IMG/VR virus record: IMGVR_UViG_3300050015_000702
Strand: one strand, 5' to 3'
DNA length: 64,000 nucleotides
From: a virus
The position numbers and the translations under genes are program-made. Numbering within the stretch: the first letter of the stretch is position 1; every line of letters begins with the position of its first letter. Below are positions 9,235 through 20,079 of this stretch, piece after piece. The notes under the pieces were generated by a model that ran no database searches, was not told where the DNA came from, and worked only from the letters and a program-made list of their open reading frames with translations.

Positions 9235-10863
9235 ATGGCAGATTATACATTTGTACCACCTAATAAAACTACTCCACCAGCATCAACAAATCCAAATTCT
9301 TCTGGAGAGACATATAGAATTAGACAAACAATTAAGCCCACAATTGTATTGGATGAATTGTCTCTAAAGAAAAGAGAAGATCCAGATAGTAAACAAACTC
9401 GTCAGCTTGAAGATTTTACTTCAATGGAGTTCCCACTAATCAAGATTAACGATTACATGGTAGGGGTAGAAGAAATTGATTATTTTAAAATCGATACAAA
9501 TGATTCGCTTCCAAGAATTACATTAACTCTTAGCTTTCAAAATGATTTATTCATGACAAAGAATCTTCCAAAAGATGGAGATATGATTTCTATTGCTATC
9601 ATGAATAAAAGTAATTTGTTAAACCCGATAAGAAATGATTATATTATTACGGGGGTATCTCCTCTTAAGAAAAGTACGACCATAAAACATGCTCTTACAG
9701 TAACTTTCTTTGGAGATTTATTTATACCCGGATTTAATAACTATAAAGGAAACGTAGCTTTCAATATGACTTCAATGGAAGCATTAAAATCCATTGCTAG
9801 AGAACTTGGTCTTGGATTCTCCTCAAATGAAGAATTTACAGACGACCATCAAATTTGGATTATTACTACAGCTTTTGATAAGACTATTGAAGAAATAGTT
9901 TCAAGGTCATGGAAAGATGAAAATAGCTTCTTTGATTGGTGGATTGATATTTACTACACTCTTAACTTTGTAAATGTTCAGAAACAATTACTATCCCAGG
10001 AGAATGAAGTGGATTCTGCTGCTCTTTTAAATAATAGCAATACAGAATATGTATGGGGGAGTAACAAAAGCACCACAGTTGAAACGCCAAAGGTATTTTC
10101 AAATTATGCGGGATATAGAAATACCAGTTTCTATATTACCGATTGGAGACCTATTAATAAATCTTCTCAAATTACTTTTGACTACGGAACTTCTATTCAA
10201 GCGACCTTCTTTGAATCTAATGACGTTCTTTATAGAGATCCGAATAAAACAAAATATTGGAGTTTTAAAGTAGAACCCGCTTATGATCCTCAGAAAATAA
10301 ATTCGCACATACTCTTACGAGGTCGTGCGAAATGGGATCCTTCCATTAACTCAAATGAACCGGCAAAAGCTAATTATGATTTCTTGCAACTTTACAATGT
10401 TTCTCCTTGGCTTGGAATTCAATATACAATTTCTAATCCAAATGAAGATAATAGCAAATGGACAGGAAATCATCACAGAAATTATTTAAGAGCTCAAGTT
10501 CAAAATATTTTGAACCTAGTAGAATTGGATAAGCTAAATGTGGAAATAAATGTACAGGGAACTAACCTCAACATTATAAAAGGAGATAAATTGCCAATTG
10601 TTTTAGTTCAAAAAGATAGAGTAGAGAATCTTATTGTTGATCCTAGTTTTCAATTAAGCGAAGCTTTGGAATTTTTCTATACGGGATGGTTCTATGTGAA
10701 AGGATTTACCCTTTCGTGGATTAGAGGCATGTCCCCATTATTCTCTAACTTCTCTCAAAGCTTTTTACTTACGAGAAGAGAATGGCCTGCTCCCGTTCCT
10801 GTAGACCCTGTTAAACCTACCCCAAACGTTCCACCCCCACCTGAAAATAACATCATAATATAA
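9235..10863 (+). CDS. putative baseplate hub protein (gp27-like by position)
   Basis: 542 aa between gp53-like and gp5-like genes; C-terminal FYTGWFYVKG...LTRREW resembles hub-protein ends. Confidence 0.5.
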   Translation: MADYTFVPPNKTTPPASTNPNSSGETYRIRQTIKPTIVLDELSLKKREDPDSKQTRQLEDFTSMEFPLIKINDYMVGVEEIDYFKIDTNDSLPRITLTLSFQNDLFMTKNLPKDGDMISIAIMNKSNLLNPIRNDYIITGVSPLKKSTTIKHALTVTFFGDLFIPGFNNYKGNVAFNMTSMEALKSIARELGLGFSSNEEFTDDHQIWIITTAFDKTIEEIVSRSWKDENSFFDWWIDIYYTLNFVNVQKQLLSQENEVDSAALLNNSNTEYVWGSNKSTTVETPKVFSNYAGYRNTSFYITDWRPINKSSQITFDYGTSIQATFFESNDVLYRDPNKTKYWSFKVEPAYDPQKINSHILLRGRAKWDPSINSNEPAKANYDFLQLYNVSPWLGIQYTISNPNEDNSKWTGNHHRNYLRAQVQNILNLVELDKLNVEINVQGTNLNIIKGDKLPIVLVQKDRVENLIVDPSFQLSEALEFFYTGWFYVKGFTLSWIRGMSPLFSNFSQSFLLTRREWPAPVPVDPVKPTPNVPPPPENNIII

Positions 10864-12707
10864 TGGCAAATATTTTTAAAGATTTTAAAGTACCTGGTCA
10901 CATATTAAATGTCCCTGGTATATTTCTAGATCCTACAAAAGGGATTACGAAAACATTTGATGAGCCAACCTATCTAACTTTTAGAGTGGAGTTTCTTCCT
11001 ATGAATACAAATATGGAATCCACAAACTATGATAGGATGCCAATGCCATTATTTAGTTTATCAGATGAAGATATTGATGTTCGTAACAATTATTCTGCTA
11101 TAAGTTATTTAAAAGATTCAAACGAAGTTGGCCGTGCTCAAATGATGGCTAGTTTTATCAATGGCTGGAATATAGTTCAAAATAATTTTCAGTGGTATTT
11201 TCAGGGAATTTCTAATTTAAATGATTTATTTGCTGTAGATCCTAAGAGAGGCATTCGTATAAGCACAGAGGGAAAAGTTACCATGTCAATGCTTGAAGGT
11301 CTTGACTGGAGAATTACTCACTTACTTAATCTTTACAGAAAAATTGCTTGGGACGATGTTTATCAAAGATGGATGCTTCCTGATATGATGAGATATTTTG
11401 CAATGAATATTTACATCACAGAATTCCGTTCATTCCATCAATCTTCATATACCGAACAGGCAGCTTTAGGTTCCGGCCCTGAATTAAGCGGTGAAATGGT
11501 TTTAAAAGTCATGGGAGATGTAATGCCTACTTGGGTTTTACATTGTGAAAGATGCGAATTTGATATTACTTCTCTAAACTCCTGGATTACTGATTTGAAA
11601 GTTAACGAAGAAACTATGACTGAAGTTACTTTCGATATTAAAGTTGGCCAGTTAACTGATGAGTATGTAAACCCTATTTTGGACTATTGGTATTGGGATC
11701 AGGATTTAAATGGTCAGAACAGAACAGCTGATGATCCATCCGGAGTTCTTAGAACTTCATATAAAAATAGACAAATTCAATTTTTAAATCAGGAAACAGT
11801 AGCTGGCGGGCCTCATACAGAAAATCATCCATTTATCGAAACTGGTGGTTCTGGAGCTTCAAATATATCAAATGCTCAAAAAGCTATGCAGGGTCCTTCA
11901 GCAGATCTTAATCCAGTAGATCCTGTTGGTTCTGGAGCTTCAAATATATCAAATGCTCAAAAAGCTATGCAGGGTCCTTCAGCAGATCTTAATCCAGTAG
12001 ATCCTGTTCAACCATCTACTTGGTTAGGAAATACTTTGACATTAGGAAAAGCATTAGTTAAAAACTTGGTGAATACTCAGGTTAATAAAGCCCAGGTTAC
12101 CAAGATTCCTGGATTAGGATTCTCATTTAATGAAGCTTTATCTGCAATTCAGAGTAAAAACATATTTGCAGTCTTTGCTCTTGCAAGGGAAGCAATTACT
12201 CAATCAGTTGCTAAAACAACTCCTTCGCAGGAACTTGATCATAAAATTATAGAACAAGGATTAAAAGCATTTCTTAGGGGAATTGCTCATTCACAAGCTA
12301 CGACTCCTCCAACTCAAGAACTTGTTAAAGCTGCAGAACAGATTCTCAATGATCGAGGTCAATGGCAAAAACTTATGGATTACTCATTAGCTACCGATTT
12401 GGTTTCAAGAGAAACAGGGGAAGTAAATATAACAAATGCTCTAAAGAATCCTAATACTGAGAGGGATATTGCCAAAATTGAAACAGGAGGATTTCTATCC
12501 TTTGCAACCGATGCAAATGGAAACACATTAGTTGGGAGTCCTATAATTGAAGCTATTCCTTCTAGTTTAGCAACATCAGGTCATATTAATGTTGGACCAA
12601 AACCATCTGTGGTACCAAGTGAAGCAACAGTAGGGGCATTACAAGGAAATACTCATCTATCATCTGCACCAAAAAGTGAAGCAACAATAGGAACTATACA
12701 AAAATGA
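10863..12707 (+). CDS. putative baseplate/tail-tube-related structural protein
   Basis: 614 aa, translationally coupled (TAATG) within the baseplate cluster. Confidence 0.45.
   Translation: MANIFKDFKVPGHILNVPGIFLDPTKGITKTFDEPTYLTFRVEFLPMNTNMESTNYDRMPMPLFSLSDEDIDVRNNYSAISYLKDSNEVGRAQMMASFINGWNIVQNNFQWYFQGISNLNDLFAVDPKRGIRISTEGKVTMSMLEGLDWRITHLLNLYRKIAWDDVYQRWMLPDMMRYFAMNIYITEFRSFHQSSYTEQAALGSGPELSGEMVLKVMGDVMPTWVLHCERCEFDITSLNSWITDLKVNEETMTEVTFDIKVGQLTDEYVNPILDYWYWDQDLNGQNRTADDPSGVLRTSYKNRQIQFLNQETVAGGPHTENHPFIETGGSGASNISNAQKAMQGPSADLNPVDPVGSGASNISNAQKAMQGPSADLNPVDPVQPSTWLGNTLTLGKALVKNLVNTQVNKAQVTKIPGLGFSFNEALSAIQSKNIFAVFALAREAITQSVAKTTPSQELDHKIIEQGLKAFLRGIAHSQATTPPTQELVKAAEQILNDRGQWQKLMDYSLATDLVSRETGEVNITNALKNPNTERDIAKIETGGFLSFATDANGNTLVGSPIIEAIPSSLATSGHINVGPKPSVVPSEATVGALQGNTHLSSAPKSEATIGTIQK
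11847..12008 (+). repeat. perfect 81-bp tandem duplication (GSGASNISNAQKAMQGPSADLNPVDPV x2)
   Basis: 11847-11927 is identical to 11928-12008, in frame. Confidence 0.95.
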
Positions 12708-13015
12708 GAGCCGAATTCATATTTGAAAAAGTAAATTTTGAACGAGGAAACGAATACGATCCTCTTCGAACTCTTAATATTGGTCATAAGAAAACTGAGA
12801 AAGAGCTAGAAGCAATGTATAAAAAAGTTTTACACTTTAATCTTGGCGTTGAAAGAAAAAGTTTCTCCAATGAAATTAGTGCTGCCATTCCAGAAAGATT
12901 ATTAGCAAGCTGTGGTTGGGGAAATGCTTTTAAATGCTTTGAGGAAATGTGGCCAGAAGAAATAGATAAATTCGATAGAATTCTTACAAAATATTACAAC
13001 AAATTTAAAGAGTAA
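12704..13015 (+). CDS. FER-tag cargo protein (1 tag)
   Basis: N-terminal IFEKVNFERGNEYDPLRTLNIG. Confidence 0.75.
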   Translation: MRAEFIFEKVNFERGNEYDPLRTLNIGHKKTEKELEAMYKKVLHFNLGVERKSFSNEISAAIPERLLASCGWGNAFKCFEEMWPEEIDKFDRILTKYYNKFKE

Positions 13016-13785
13016 TGGAAAGTCTACACTTACAAATGAAAGATCTACATGATAATGACTGGTTAGGCATTATCGAAAACAATGTGGATACACTTTTTTC
13101 AGGACGAGCACAAGTAAGAGTATTTAGGTTATTTGATAACTTAAATTCTAAGGATCTTCCATGGGCTGTTCCAATTAACTCCACTATATTTGCTGGAGAT
13201 GGAGCAGGGTCAATTTCGACTCCAAAAATTGGTCAGATTGTAAGGGTTCAGTTTAATAACGGGGACTTATATTCTCCAGAATACACAACTATTCAAAATA
13301 TTGATACTCAGCTTATAGATGAGATCAAAAATGATTACGATGGAACCCACGTTCTACTTTATGACCCCGATGAAGAATTAAACGTTATTTATCAGCGTCA
13401 AAGAGGATTTCAAATGTTTTATCGTGGCAGTTTTATTCAGATCTCTCCAGATAATATGATTACGATTCAGCATGCTAATCATGAATCCCTAATCCAGCTA
13501 AACGGAGATAAGATGAGTATTGTTACCAAGAATGAAATTGCTATCTCTGCCGCAGCTAAAGTAGAAGTTACAGCTGATGAAGTAAAGGCAGCAGGTAACC
13601 AAGTAACTAAGCTAGGACCTGGGCCTTATAACCATGCTGTAATGGCAGAAATATTATTTCCTTTGTTACAAACTATGGCAACAGCAATTGATGCTAAAAT
13701 GCCTCAAACACCAGGAGTCAATGTTGGCTTAGTAAAAGCAGCTCAACAAGCAGCTACCTCAACTAACGTATTAATTTCGCAGTAA
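13015..13785 (+). CDS. baseplate central spike, gp5/VgrG-like OB-fold, without a lysozyme domain
   Basis: WLGIIENNVD...GRAQVRV...LPWAVP...STPKIGQIVRVQFNNGD.YSPEY followed by a short beta-helix-like region. Confidence 0.85.
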   Translation: MESLHLQMKDLHDNDWLGIIENNVDTLFSGRAQVRVFRLFDNLNSKDLPWAVPINSTIFAGDGAGSISTPKIGQIVRVQFNNGDLYSPEYTTIQNIDTQLIDEIKNDYDGTHVLLYDPDEELNVIYQRQRGFQMFYRGSFIQISPDNMITIQHANHESLIQLNGDKMSIVTKNEIAISAAAKVEVTADEVKAAGNQVTKLGPGPYNHAVMAEILFPLLQTMATAIDAKMPQTPGVNVGLVKAAQQAATSTNVLISQ

Positions 13786-14912
13786 TGAAAATAGTTAGAG
13801 AATCTCTAGATTTTGAAAGAAGTCAGAACCCGATAGACGCTTTGAATATTGGCATAAAAAAGAAGATCTATAGCCAATTAAGATCTTTTGTGGATAATGA
13901 AATGATTGGGGGAACAGGATTAGGGGATCCAAGATTTATGTATAGTTTTTATCCATCAGGTGAGGATTCTTTTTGTTTTTATGGCGAGGGAGGAAAAAAC
14001 TATATTAATGGCTTGATTAAAAAATATGGTTTGGATCAGTATTTCGATGGTAAAGGCCAAATTGAGGAAAAAACCTCTAATAGATACACGATTAGATTTA
14101 AAGTAAAAAAAGAATTACAACATATATTTGAAGAAATCCCTACCTCTTTTCATTTTATAAAAATGGAAGAGAGTTTGGACTTCGAAAGACACAAAGAACC
14201 ATTTGATGCATTGAGTCTTGGAATATACGACAAAGTTAAAAAAGGATTAAATTGTCTTAGATTATCCCCAGGAATTGGTTCAATTAGTATCATGAGTAAC
14301 AAAGATGAAGTCTGGTTGAGTATCGATGACTATAATGGCAACGGAAGATTCACGGATTATCTTTACCAATGTCTTAGCCCAAATTATTTTGAAGGTGAAG
14401 TAGAACATAGGGATATTATGAAAAGAGGGGGAAGTTGGAGAAGTAAATTCATAGTCTATGTTAGTTCACCGTATTGGGATGCTTTCAAAGCAGCTTTTGA
14501 TCCAAATGGAGGTATAAGGGAATCTGTTAATTTTGAACGTACAGGAGAACCTCTTAAAAAACTTGGAATAGGAAGATCTACTCCAGGTGTTGGACAATTT
14601 GCTCCTGCTTATTTAGAAGGAAGAGGACTTTGCAATGTATTAAAAGTTGAAAAGTATAAAGATCTTACCCCCGAAGAAAAAGATTCTTTAGCCATTTGGT
14701 ATGGCTCTTCCTTGATGCGAAATGAAAAAGACAAAACGAATCCAAATCAATTATGGGTAGAAATTATGCCAGAATTAAAACGTAAAAGTGTAACTGAAGT
14801 TGAAGAAGAGTGGATGGATGTTGATCGATTTGAAATATTGAAGAAAAAAGGCAGATGGATGGATCCGCAATGGAGGAAATCATACAAGAATCCTTATGAG
14901 CCTAAAAAGTAA
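13785..14912 (+). CDS. FER-tag polyprotein (3 tags)
   Basis: VRESLDFERSQNPIDALNIG; MEESLDFERHKEPFDALSLG; IRESVNFERTGEPLKKLGIG. Confidence 0.8.
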   Translation: MKIVRESLDFERSQNPIDALNIGIKKKIYSQLRSFVDNEMIGGTGLGDPRFMYSFYPSGEDSFCFYGEGGKNYINGLIKKYGLDQYFDGKGQIEEKTSNRYTIRFKVKKELQHIFEEIPTSFHFIKMEESLDFERHKEPFDALSLGIYDKVKKGLNCLRLSPGIGSISIMSNKDEVWLSIDDYNGNGRFTDYLYQCLSPNYFEGEVEHRDIMKRGGSWRSKFIVYVSSPYWDAFKAAFDPNGGIRESVNFERTGEPLKKLGIGRSTPGVGQFAPAYLEGRGLCNVLKVEKYKDLTPEEKDSLAIWYGSSLMRNEKDKTNPNQLWVEIMPELKRKSVTEVEEEWMDVDRFEILKKKGRWMDPQWRKSYKNPYEPKK

Positions 14913-17900
14913 ATTAATAGCTGCTGCACTGGGCGTACTCAATGCAGAGATAACGAAATTCAAAAACCTTTTAAAAAAGCCGAATCTTCTTATCGCTCTT
15001 AAGCTTGCGGCTTTAGCTGCCGTAACTCCATTACTCATATATCTTCAGAAATTACTTCAGAAAAAAATTCAGGGGCTTTTAAGTAAAAGTTCTGATCCTG
15101 CACTTGCTTATATCCAAGACCCCAATAATATTACCGATGATGATGTAAATAACTATGTTCAGCATAGTCCAGATCTACAGCAATTCATTCATTATGTTGA
15201 TCAGGACTTTGGTAATTCTCTAACTTCGGATATTCTATTACAATGTGAAGACCCAAGTGCATACGATAATCAAGCAAATGCTCTTATGGCCTTACTCGGA
15301 GATCAGAATCTTACTGAGGACGATTTTATGAGAGTTGCAGATGAGCAAAGTGATTTGGATCTTAAAGTCGAAACATCCAGAATTGCTACAGATCTAGCAG
15401 GCCTTATTTCTAAAATAAATGGTATTCTTCCATGGGCATTTATGGCGTATATGATTATTCTAAAAGTTAAAGAATTTTTAACTCAGAATGATTACCCGTC
15501 ACCATATCGAGGAAAATATATCCAGCGTCTCATTAGAACGCTGACTGCCGTTCTTAAGGCAAGAATTCGTCAAGAAGGTCAAGCAGCAAGTAAAATCATT
15601 CCGGGAGCAGTAGGTTTAGCAAAGGATGAATTGAATCAAATCAATACAATGCTAAATACCCTCAAAAAACTGGACACAATAATTGTTGGATCCTTACTGG
15701 CAACATTTGTGTATCTTCGTAACCGACATATTCTTCAACAAGCAGCCTTGAAATCATTTGCAGAAACAGCTGGGGCTCAATCCTGTATTCCAACACCAAG
15801 AATGTTAACTGATGCTGAAACAACTCCGGATCCAAGTGCATATACACAAACAACACCAACTCTAGCTCAATTAGAAACCTGTCTTACAAGTCCGGACACA
15901 AATATTGTGCCGCATACTCCTATTGAAGATAAGCTACTTAATTTATCTTGTGAAGTTGTATTGAATCCAGATGTTAGCATTAACCAGGTATCTGGAGAAG
16001 ATACTGCGACAAAAGCTTTATTTGAAAATAAGACATTAAAGCCATTCAAAATATTGGTAAGCGCCAACGATACTTTGGATGTTCATAAACCATTTGCCGT
16101 ATTTGATGGCAACAACATCTATCCGCCACTCAATGGAGTTGTTGAGAAAATTGATGTGAATAAAATATACACTATGGATATTGTTGAACCAGCAAATAAT
16201 GATATTGGTGAAAAAATATCCAAACTTCAAGACAAATATGCGGAACAAGTAGATATTAAAGGATTTATTAGAGAATTTTATATTCCAAGCTTCTATCCTG
16301 TTATGCTTAAAGATGCACCAGGCATAGATCCTAGTATAAATGCCGAACAATTAAAAAAGGTCATTTATAAAACAGGAGGAGTAATTACCCGCTGGAATGG
16401 AATAATGACTTCATATAAAGCTCAAATAAAAGATTGGCAAAAAAGAACTAATACGATAGCAGGCAAGGATAATGTGAAAACTAAATGTGACCAGGAAAAT
16501 GTTGAGGGGATCAAAACAGAATTGGATAATAGTGATGATACGTTATTTAGTAATTTGAATAGTGATGCAGGAAATGGAATTGCCCAGGCTAGAGTAACAG
16601 CAGCAGATCCTAAAGAACTTGTAATGATTGAATTTTATTTCACATTATTACAGGATTTGATTGCATATTATGACCAGACAAGTCAAACTGTGGTTACTTT
16701 TATAAAACAAATACAGGATTTTTTAACCAATAGATATTTCTTAGATCAATATAGCTTACAAAAGATTAAAGATAAAGTAAATTCATATTGCAAGGAGTTA
16801 GCACAGGGGATGAACTTCACAACGAAAAACACGCCAGACTTCTATGCAGTAATGAAAACAAAATATGATGCAGCGACTAATTCTCAACCGAATCAAAAAT
16901 CCCAGGCTGCAAAAGACTATTTGACTTCTCTAACTACCAAGAATACAAAATTATCTTCTACCCAAATAGATGCCGAGATTAATCTTATTCTATTTTTGTT
17001 TAATTTCTCGTTAACTATTCAGGATCTTTTAAAAACAGGGTTTGCTCCAAAGATAACAAGACTACAGGAAACTCAGAATGAAGGTATTTGGATTGAAGGA
17101 TATTTCAATAATTTATGGAAGAGATATAAAGCTTTACCGGGTGAAATAGATCAAGCTACAGCTGATTTAGATGCCCTTAACCAAGTTTTCGAATCATATT
17201 CGATCATCAACATTGACAATGAGGAATATCGTTGGTACACACTTGATACAGATCCGTGCGAAGCTCCTGATGAATCAGATCCATATTTAAGTCCTAAAAC
17301 TAAAATGAGATATAGCGATAAGAAGTATTGGCTTAGATATTGTGCTTTTGCTACCCTTGCAAGCGTTGTAAATCCTGCAACAGCTTGGTCAACAGGATTT
17401 CCGCCACCAATTGGACCTATTCCTTTCCCGACTGTTTATATTCCCATTAAAGCATTCCAAGCTAAATGGGGGATGATTGTATTGGGTTTAACTATTACAG
17501 GAATATATCCATTCCCTTGGATTCTATTTGTAAACTGGTCAACTCAGAATCATATTCCTCTTGCTGATCCAGTAACACTTATTCAGAATGAAGTTGATGT
17601 TTTGAAGAAAGAAATTACAAAACAAATTCAAAACTTCAAAAAGATTACACTAAAGAATTATCTAAAGAAGCTTAAAGTAGACGTAGATAATGCGAAAGCT
17701 GTAGTAGACGAATTAGTAATTGAAAAAAGAAATCACAAAGCAGCAAAACCTAAAAGAGACCGAACTGTTAAACCGTACATTGATATTCCACGTTATACAG
17801 ATGCATTAGCAAAATGGAATACGAATGGTGCTGCTATAGATGAGAGAACTTTGGATGCCAAAAGGAAACAAATGGTTGCTGAAACCAAATATAAAATCGT

Positions 17901-18426
17901 ACAGGATGCTATCAGTGGTGCTCCAGTTAAAGATCATCCAGATCCTACTATTAAATCCATGGAGAAAGCAGAACAAACGATTAATAGTCAGTTCGACAAA
18001 TTAGACGTTATAATTCAGAAAGTAGATGACGTTTTGGCACCTTTACCCATAAATACTAAGCCAGAAACAGCGAACTTTGCTTTTACAATTAAGAATCCAA
18101 AGCCAGTTATTAACTTTGCCAAAGATATTGATCAAACTATTGCTCAAGGCCCCTTAGATAAAATCATTGCCAATTTTGAATTGAACAATGCAGACTTTAT
18201 GAATACGAATTATGGCAGTGTATTAAGTAAGAGCGTAGTCAATTACAAATCTTATAAAGCTACCTTATCTGCTTCCATGACAACATTAATTCAAAAAGAT
18301 CCATTCCCAAAATATGAGAACTTAAAACCGACTAATTTACCATACATGGCATTCTTACTTAAATCATGGGCACCGAAAGGAGCGCAGACGTATGGTTTTC
18401 CTGGCGGGAATCCACTACCTCTTTAG
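14896..18426 (+). CDS. large helical/coiled-coil protein with a Pro-rich hydrophobic block, probably virion-associated
   Basis: 1176 aa; WSTGFPPPIGPIPFPTVYIPI...GLTITGIYPFPWILFVN followed by a long coiled coil; lies downstream of gp5. Confidence 0.5.
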   Translation: MSLKSKLIAAALGVLNAEITKFKNLLKKPNLLIALKLAALAAVTPLLIYLQKLLQKKIQGLLSKSSDPALAYIQDPNNITDDDVNNYVQHSPDLQQFIHYVDQDFGNSLTSDILLQCEDPSAYDNQANALMALLGDQNLTEDDFMRVADEQSDLDLKVETSRIATDLAGLISKINGILPWAFMAYMIILKVKEFLTQNDYPSPYRGKYIQRLIRTLTAVLKARIRQEGQAASKIIPGAVGLAKDELNQINTMLNTLKKLDTIIVGSLLATFVYLRNRHILQQAALKSFAETAGAQSCIPTPRMLTDAETTPDPSAYTQTTPTLAQLETCLTSPDTNIVPHTPIEDKLLNLSCEVVLNPDVSINQVSGEDTATKALFENKTLKPFKILVSANDTLDVHKPFAVFDGNNIYPPLNGVVEKIDVNKIYTMDIVEPANNDIGEKISKLQDKYAEQVDIKGFIREFYIPSFYPVMLKDAPGIDPSINAEQLKKVIYKTGGVITRWNGIMTSYKAQIKDWQKRTNTIAGKDNVKTKCDQENVEGIKTELDNSDDTLFSNLNSDAGNGIAQARVTAADPKELVMIEFYFTLLQDLIAYYDQTSQTVVTFIKQIQDFLTNRYFLDQYSLQKIKDKVNSYCKELAQGMNFTTKNTPDFYAVMKTKYDAATNSQPNQKSQAAKDYLTSLTTKNTKLSSTQIDAEINLILFLFNFSLTIQDLLKTGFAPKITRLQETQNEGIWIEGYFNNLWKRYKALPGEIDQATADLDALNQVFESYSIINIDNEEYRWYTLDTDPCEAPDESDPYLSPKTKMRYSDKKYWLRYCAFATLASVVNPATAWSTGFPPPIGPIPFPTVYIPIKAFQAKWGMIVLGLTITGIYPFPWILFVNWSTQNHIPLADPVTLIQNEVDVLKKEITKQIQNFKKITLKNYLKKLKVDVDNAKAVVDELVIEKRNHKAAKPKRDRTVKPYIDIPRYTDALAKWNTNGAAIDERTLDAKRKQMVAETKYKIVQDAISGAPVKDHPDPTIKSMEKAEQTINSQFDKLDVIIQKVDDVLAPLPINTKPETANFAFTIKNPKPVINFAKDIDQTIAQGPLDKIIANFELNNADFMNTNYGSVLSKSVVNYKSYKATLSASMTTLIQKDPFPKYENLKPTNLPYMAFLLKSWAPKGAQTYGFPGGNPLPL

Positions 18427-19216
18427 CTTTTTTCTCTGCCCAGTATTTTCGTATTCCATTTATTAGATTTTGTTTCACATCTGGACGCTGCATAGCATTT
18501 CGAGTTAGAATTTTTATGTTATCTCTTTCATTCTGATTCTCAAATCTTTTTTGAAGTTTCTTTTTAATTTTTTCTTTTGTCTCTAAGCTTTTTTCGCCAA
18601 GTCCTTTTCCCCTTCTATTTTCAGATATTTTATTTTTTATTATTATAGCTTCTTTTTCTCCATGCCTTTCTTCGAAAGTCTTATCTAAATATAAATCTTT
18701 TAAAAACTCCTTATTTTCTAAAGTCATTTTTTTACCAAATCTAGGATGTAATTCTCCTTCTTTTCCATACATTGGATTATTCTCTCCGATATTAGCTAAT
18801 CGGTAATTTTCTCTAGATTCTAAAGATTTGGGTTTTCCTTTTAATTTTTTTCGAATTATTTCTTTTGTAGCTTCCGTATGATGATAAAATTTAACACCTT
18901 GACCCCCTTCCGTCATATTATACCCAAATTCTTTTCCAAATTTGCTTATGCATGTTTTGTTTGTTTCAATCCAATATATTTCTCTTTCATTTAATTTATT
19001 AATTAAATCAATTCTTTCTGCAAATTCATAAGCTTCCACAGTCTCCCATAAAATCTGATCCTTATATTTTTTTAAAGCATTATGAAAAATAGTATTATCG
19101 TTCGAACTTCTAGAAGAATAATGTCTTTTAACCCTTTTTTCTAAACTACCGATAGATTGCCCATAATATTTTTTATTTGATGGACTTGTTGCACAATAAA
19201 TAATCCCCTTATACAT
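18359..19216 (-). CDS. GIY-YIG homing endonuclease with NUMOD3-like repeats
   Basis: GIIYCATSPSNKKYYGQS, LNEREIYWI, GYNMTEGG, HTEATKEII, GENNPMYGK. Confidence 0.9.
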   Translation of the reverse strand: MYKGIIYCATSPSNKKYYGQSIGSLEKRVKRHYSSRSSNDNTIFHNALKKYKDQILWETVEAYEFAERIDLINKLNEREIYWIETNKTCISKFGKEFGYNMTEGGQGVKFYHHTEATKEIIRKKLKGKPKSLESRENYRLANIGENNPMYGKEGELHPRFGKKMTLENKEFLKDLYLDKTFEERHGEKEAIIIKNKISENRRGKGLGEKSLETKEKIKKKLQKRFENQNERDNIKILTRNAMQRPDVKQNLINGIRKYWAEKKAKEVVDSRQENHTSALLSVPMI

Positions 19217-19221
19217 AATTT

Positions 19222-19237
19222 ATTTATTTTATATATC
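19222..19237 (-). promoter_or_regulatory. late-promoter-like motif GATATATAAAATAAAT
   Basis: Minus strand, 5 nt upstream of the endonuclease ATG at 19216. Confidence 0.55.
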
Positions 19238-19308
19238 AAAAACATCTTTTGGATTTTCAGCTTTTCCCCCTCCTTCAGAATTTCCGGGATTTACGCCATT
19301 ACCCGTCG

Positions 19309-19323
19309 GATAAATAAATAAAA
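19309..19323 (+). promoter_or_regulatory. late-promoter-like motif GATAAATAAATAAAA
   Basis: Contains TAAATA as in the T4 late promoter; 9 nt before ATG 19333. Confidence 0.55.
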
Positions 19324-19332
19324 CTTCCAACT

Positions 19333-20073
19333 ATGATGAATTTCCATTTTTACCCAGAAAAACTTGTTTGCGAATCTCTTGAAGAATTATACGGAGAAAA
19401 CGAAATAGAATATTCGAGTGGCGAACAAGCTGCTATATCAAGAGGCAATGATGTTATAACCAAGCCACAATTAGCTGCCATGTATTTAGCTGCGAAAGAT
19501 GCTATGGGAAGGTCGGAAGATACTCAAGGAAGAGGAGATAGCGGGTTGACACGTAATGCACTAAAAATGGGCAAAGAAACTATCACAGACTGGCAAAAAC
19601 TATCTGCTCCAAGACTAGGAGATGTATTAGATCTTAAACCTCGTACAGTTAGCTACACATTGTCGAAATTCAGACTTTTATTACAAAATAATCGTGAAGG
19701 AGTCTTTGGTAATGATTTATATGATAAGATAATTAATGCGTTTGATGAATTTGAAAAAATGTCGCCAGCAGATGTATATTCATTAGCTTCGGAAGCTGTA
19801 AACTTGGATGCAACTACTGAAAGATCCGACAAATGGGCTGAGGATACATCCGATCAAGGTAGAAAAACAAGAGAAAAAATACAGAAAAGAAATGCTAAAA
19901 TTATTCAAGCTACCTATGATTTATACAATCAGCTTAGGGGAGTTTTGGGTGAAAAAGCACCAAAAGCAGTTGTTAATAAACTTTCAACAGAATATAAAAT
20001 ATTCCCGGAAGATCTTCGCACGATAATTAAGCAGGGTCTAAAGAATGATCAGAATTTAGCCAGAAAATTCTAA
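19333..20073 (+). CDS. helical protein with a KLVCESL leader and a possible HTH
   Basis: EKLVCESLEE leader shared with 33576..34814 and 36236..37792; LSAPRLGDVLDLKPRTVSYTLSKF is HTH-like. Confidence 0.55.
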   Translation: MMNFHFYPEKLVCESLEELYGENEIEYSSGEQAAISRGNDVITKPQLAAMYLAAKDAMGRSEDTQGRGDSGLTRNALKMGKETITDWQKLSAPRLGDVLDLKPRTVSYTLSKFRLLLQNNREGVFGNDLYDKIINAFDEFEKMSPADVYSLASEAVNLDATTERSDKWAEDTSDQGRKTREKIQKRNAKIIQATYDLYNQLRGVLGEKAPKAVVNKLSTEYKIFPEDLRTIIKQGLKNDQNLARKF

Positions 20074-20079
20074 GTAAGC

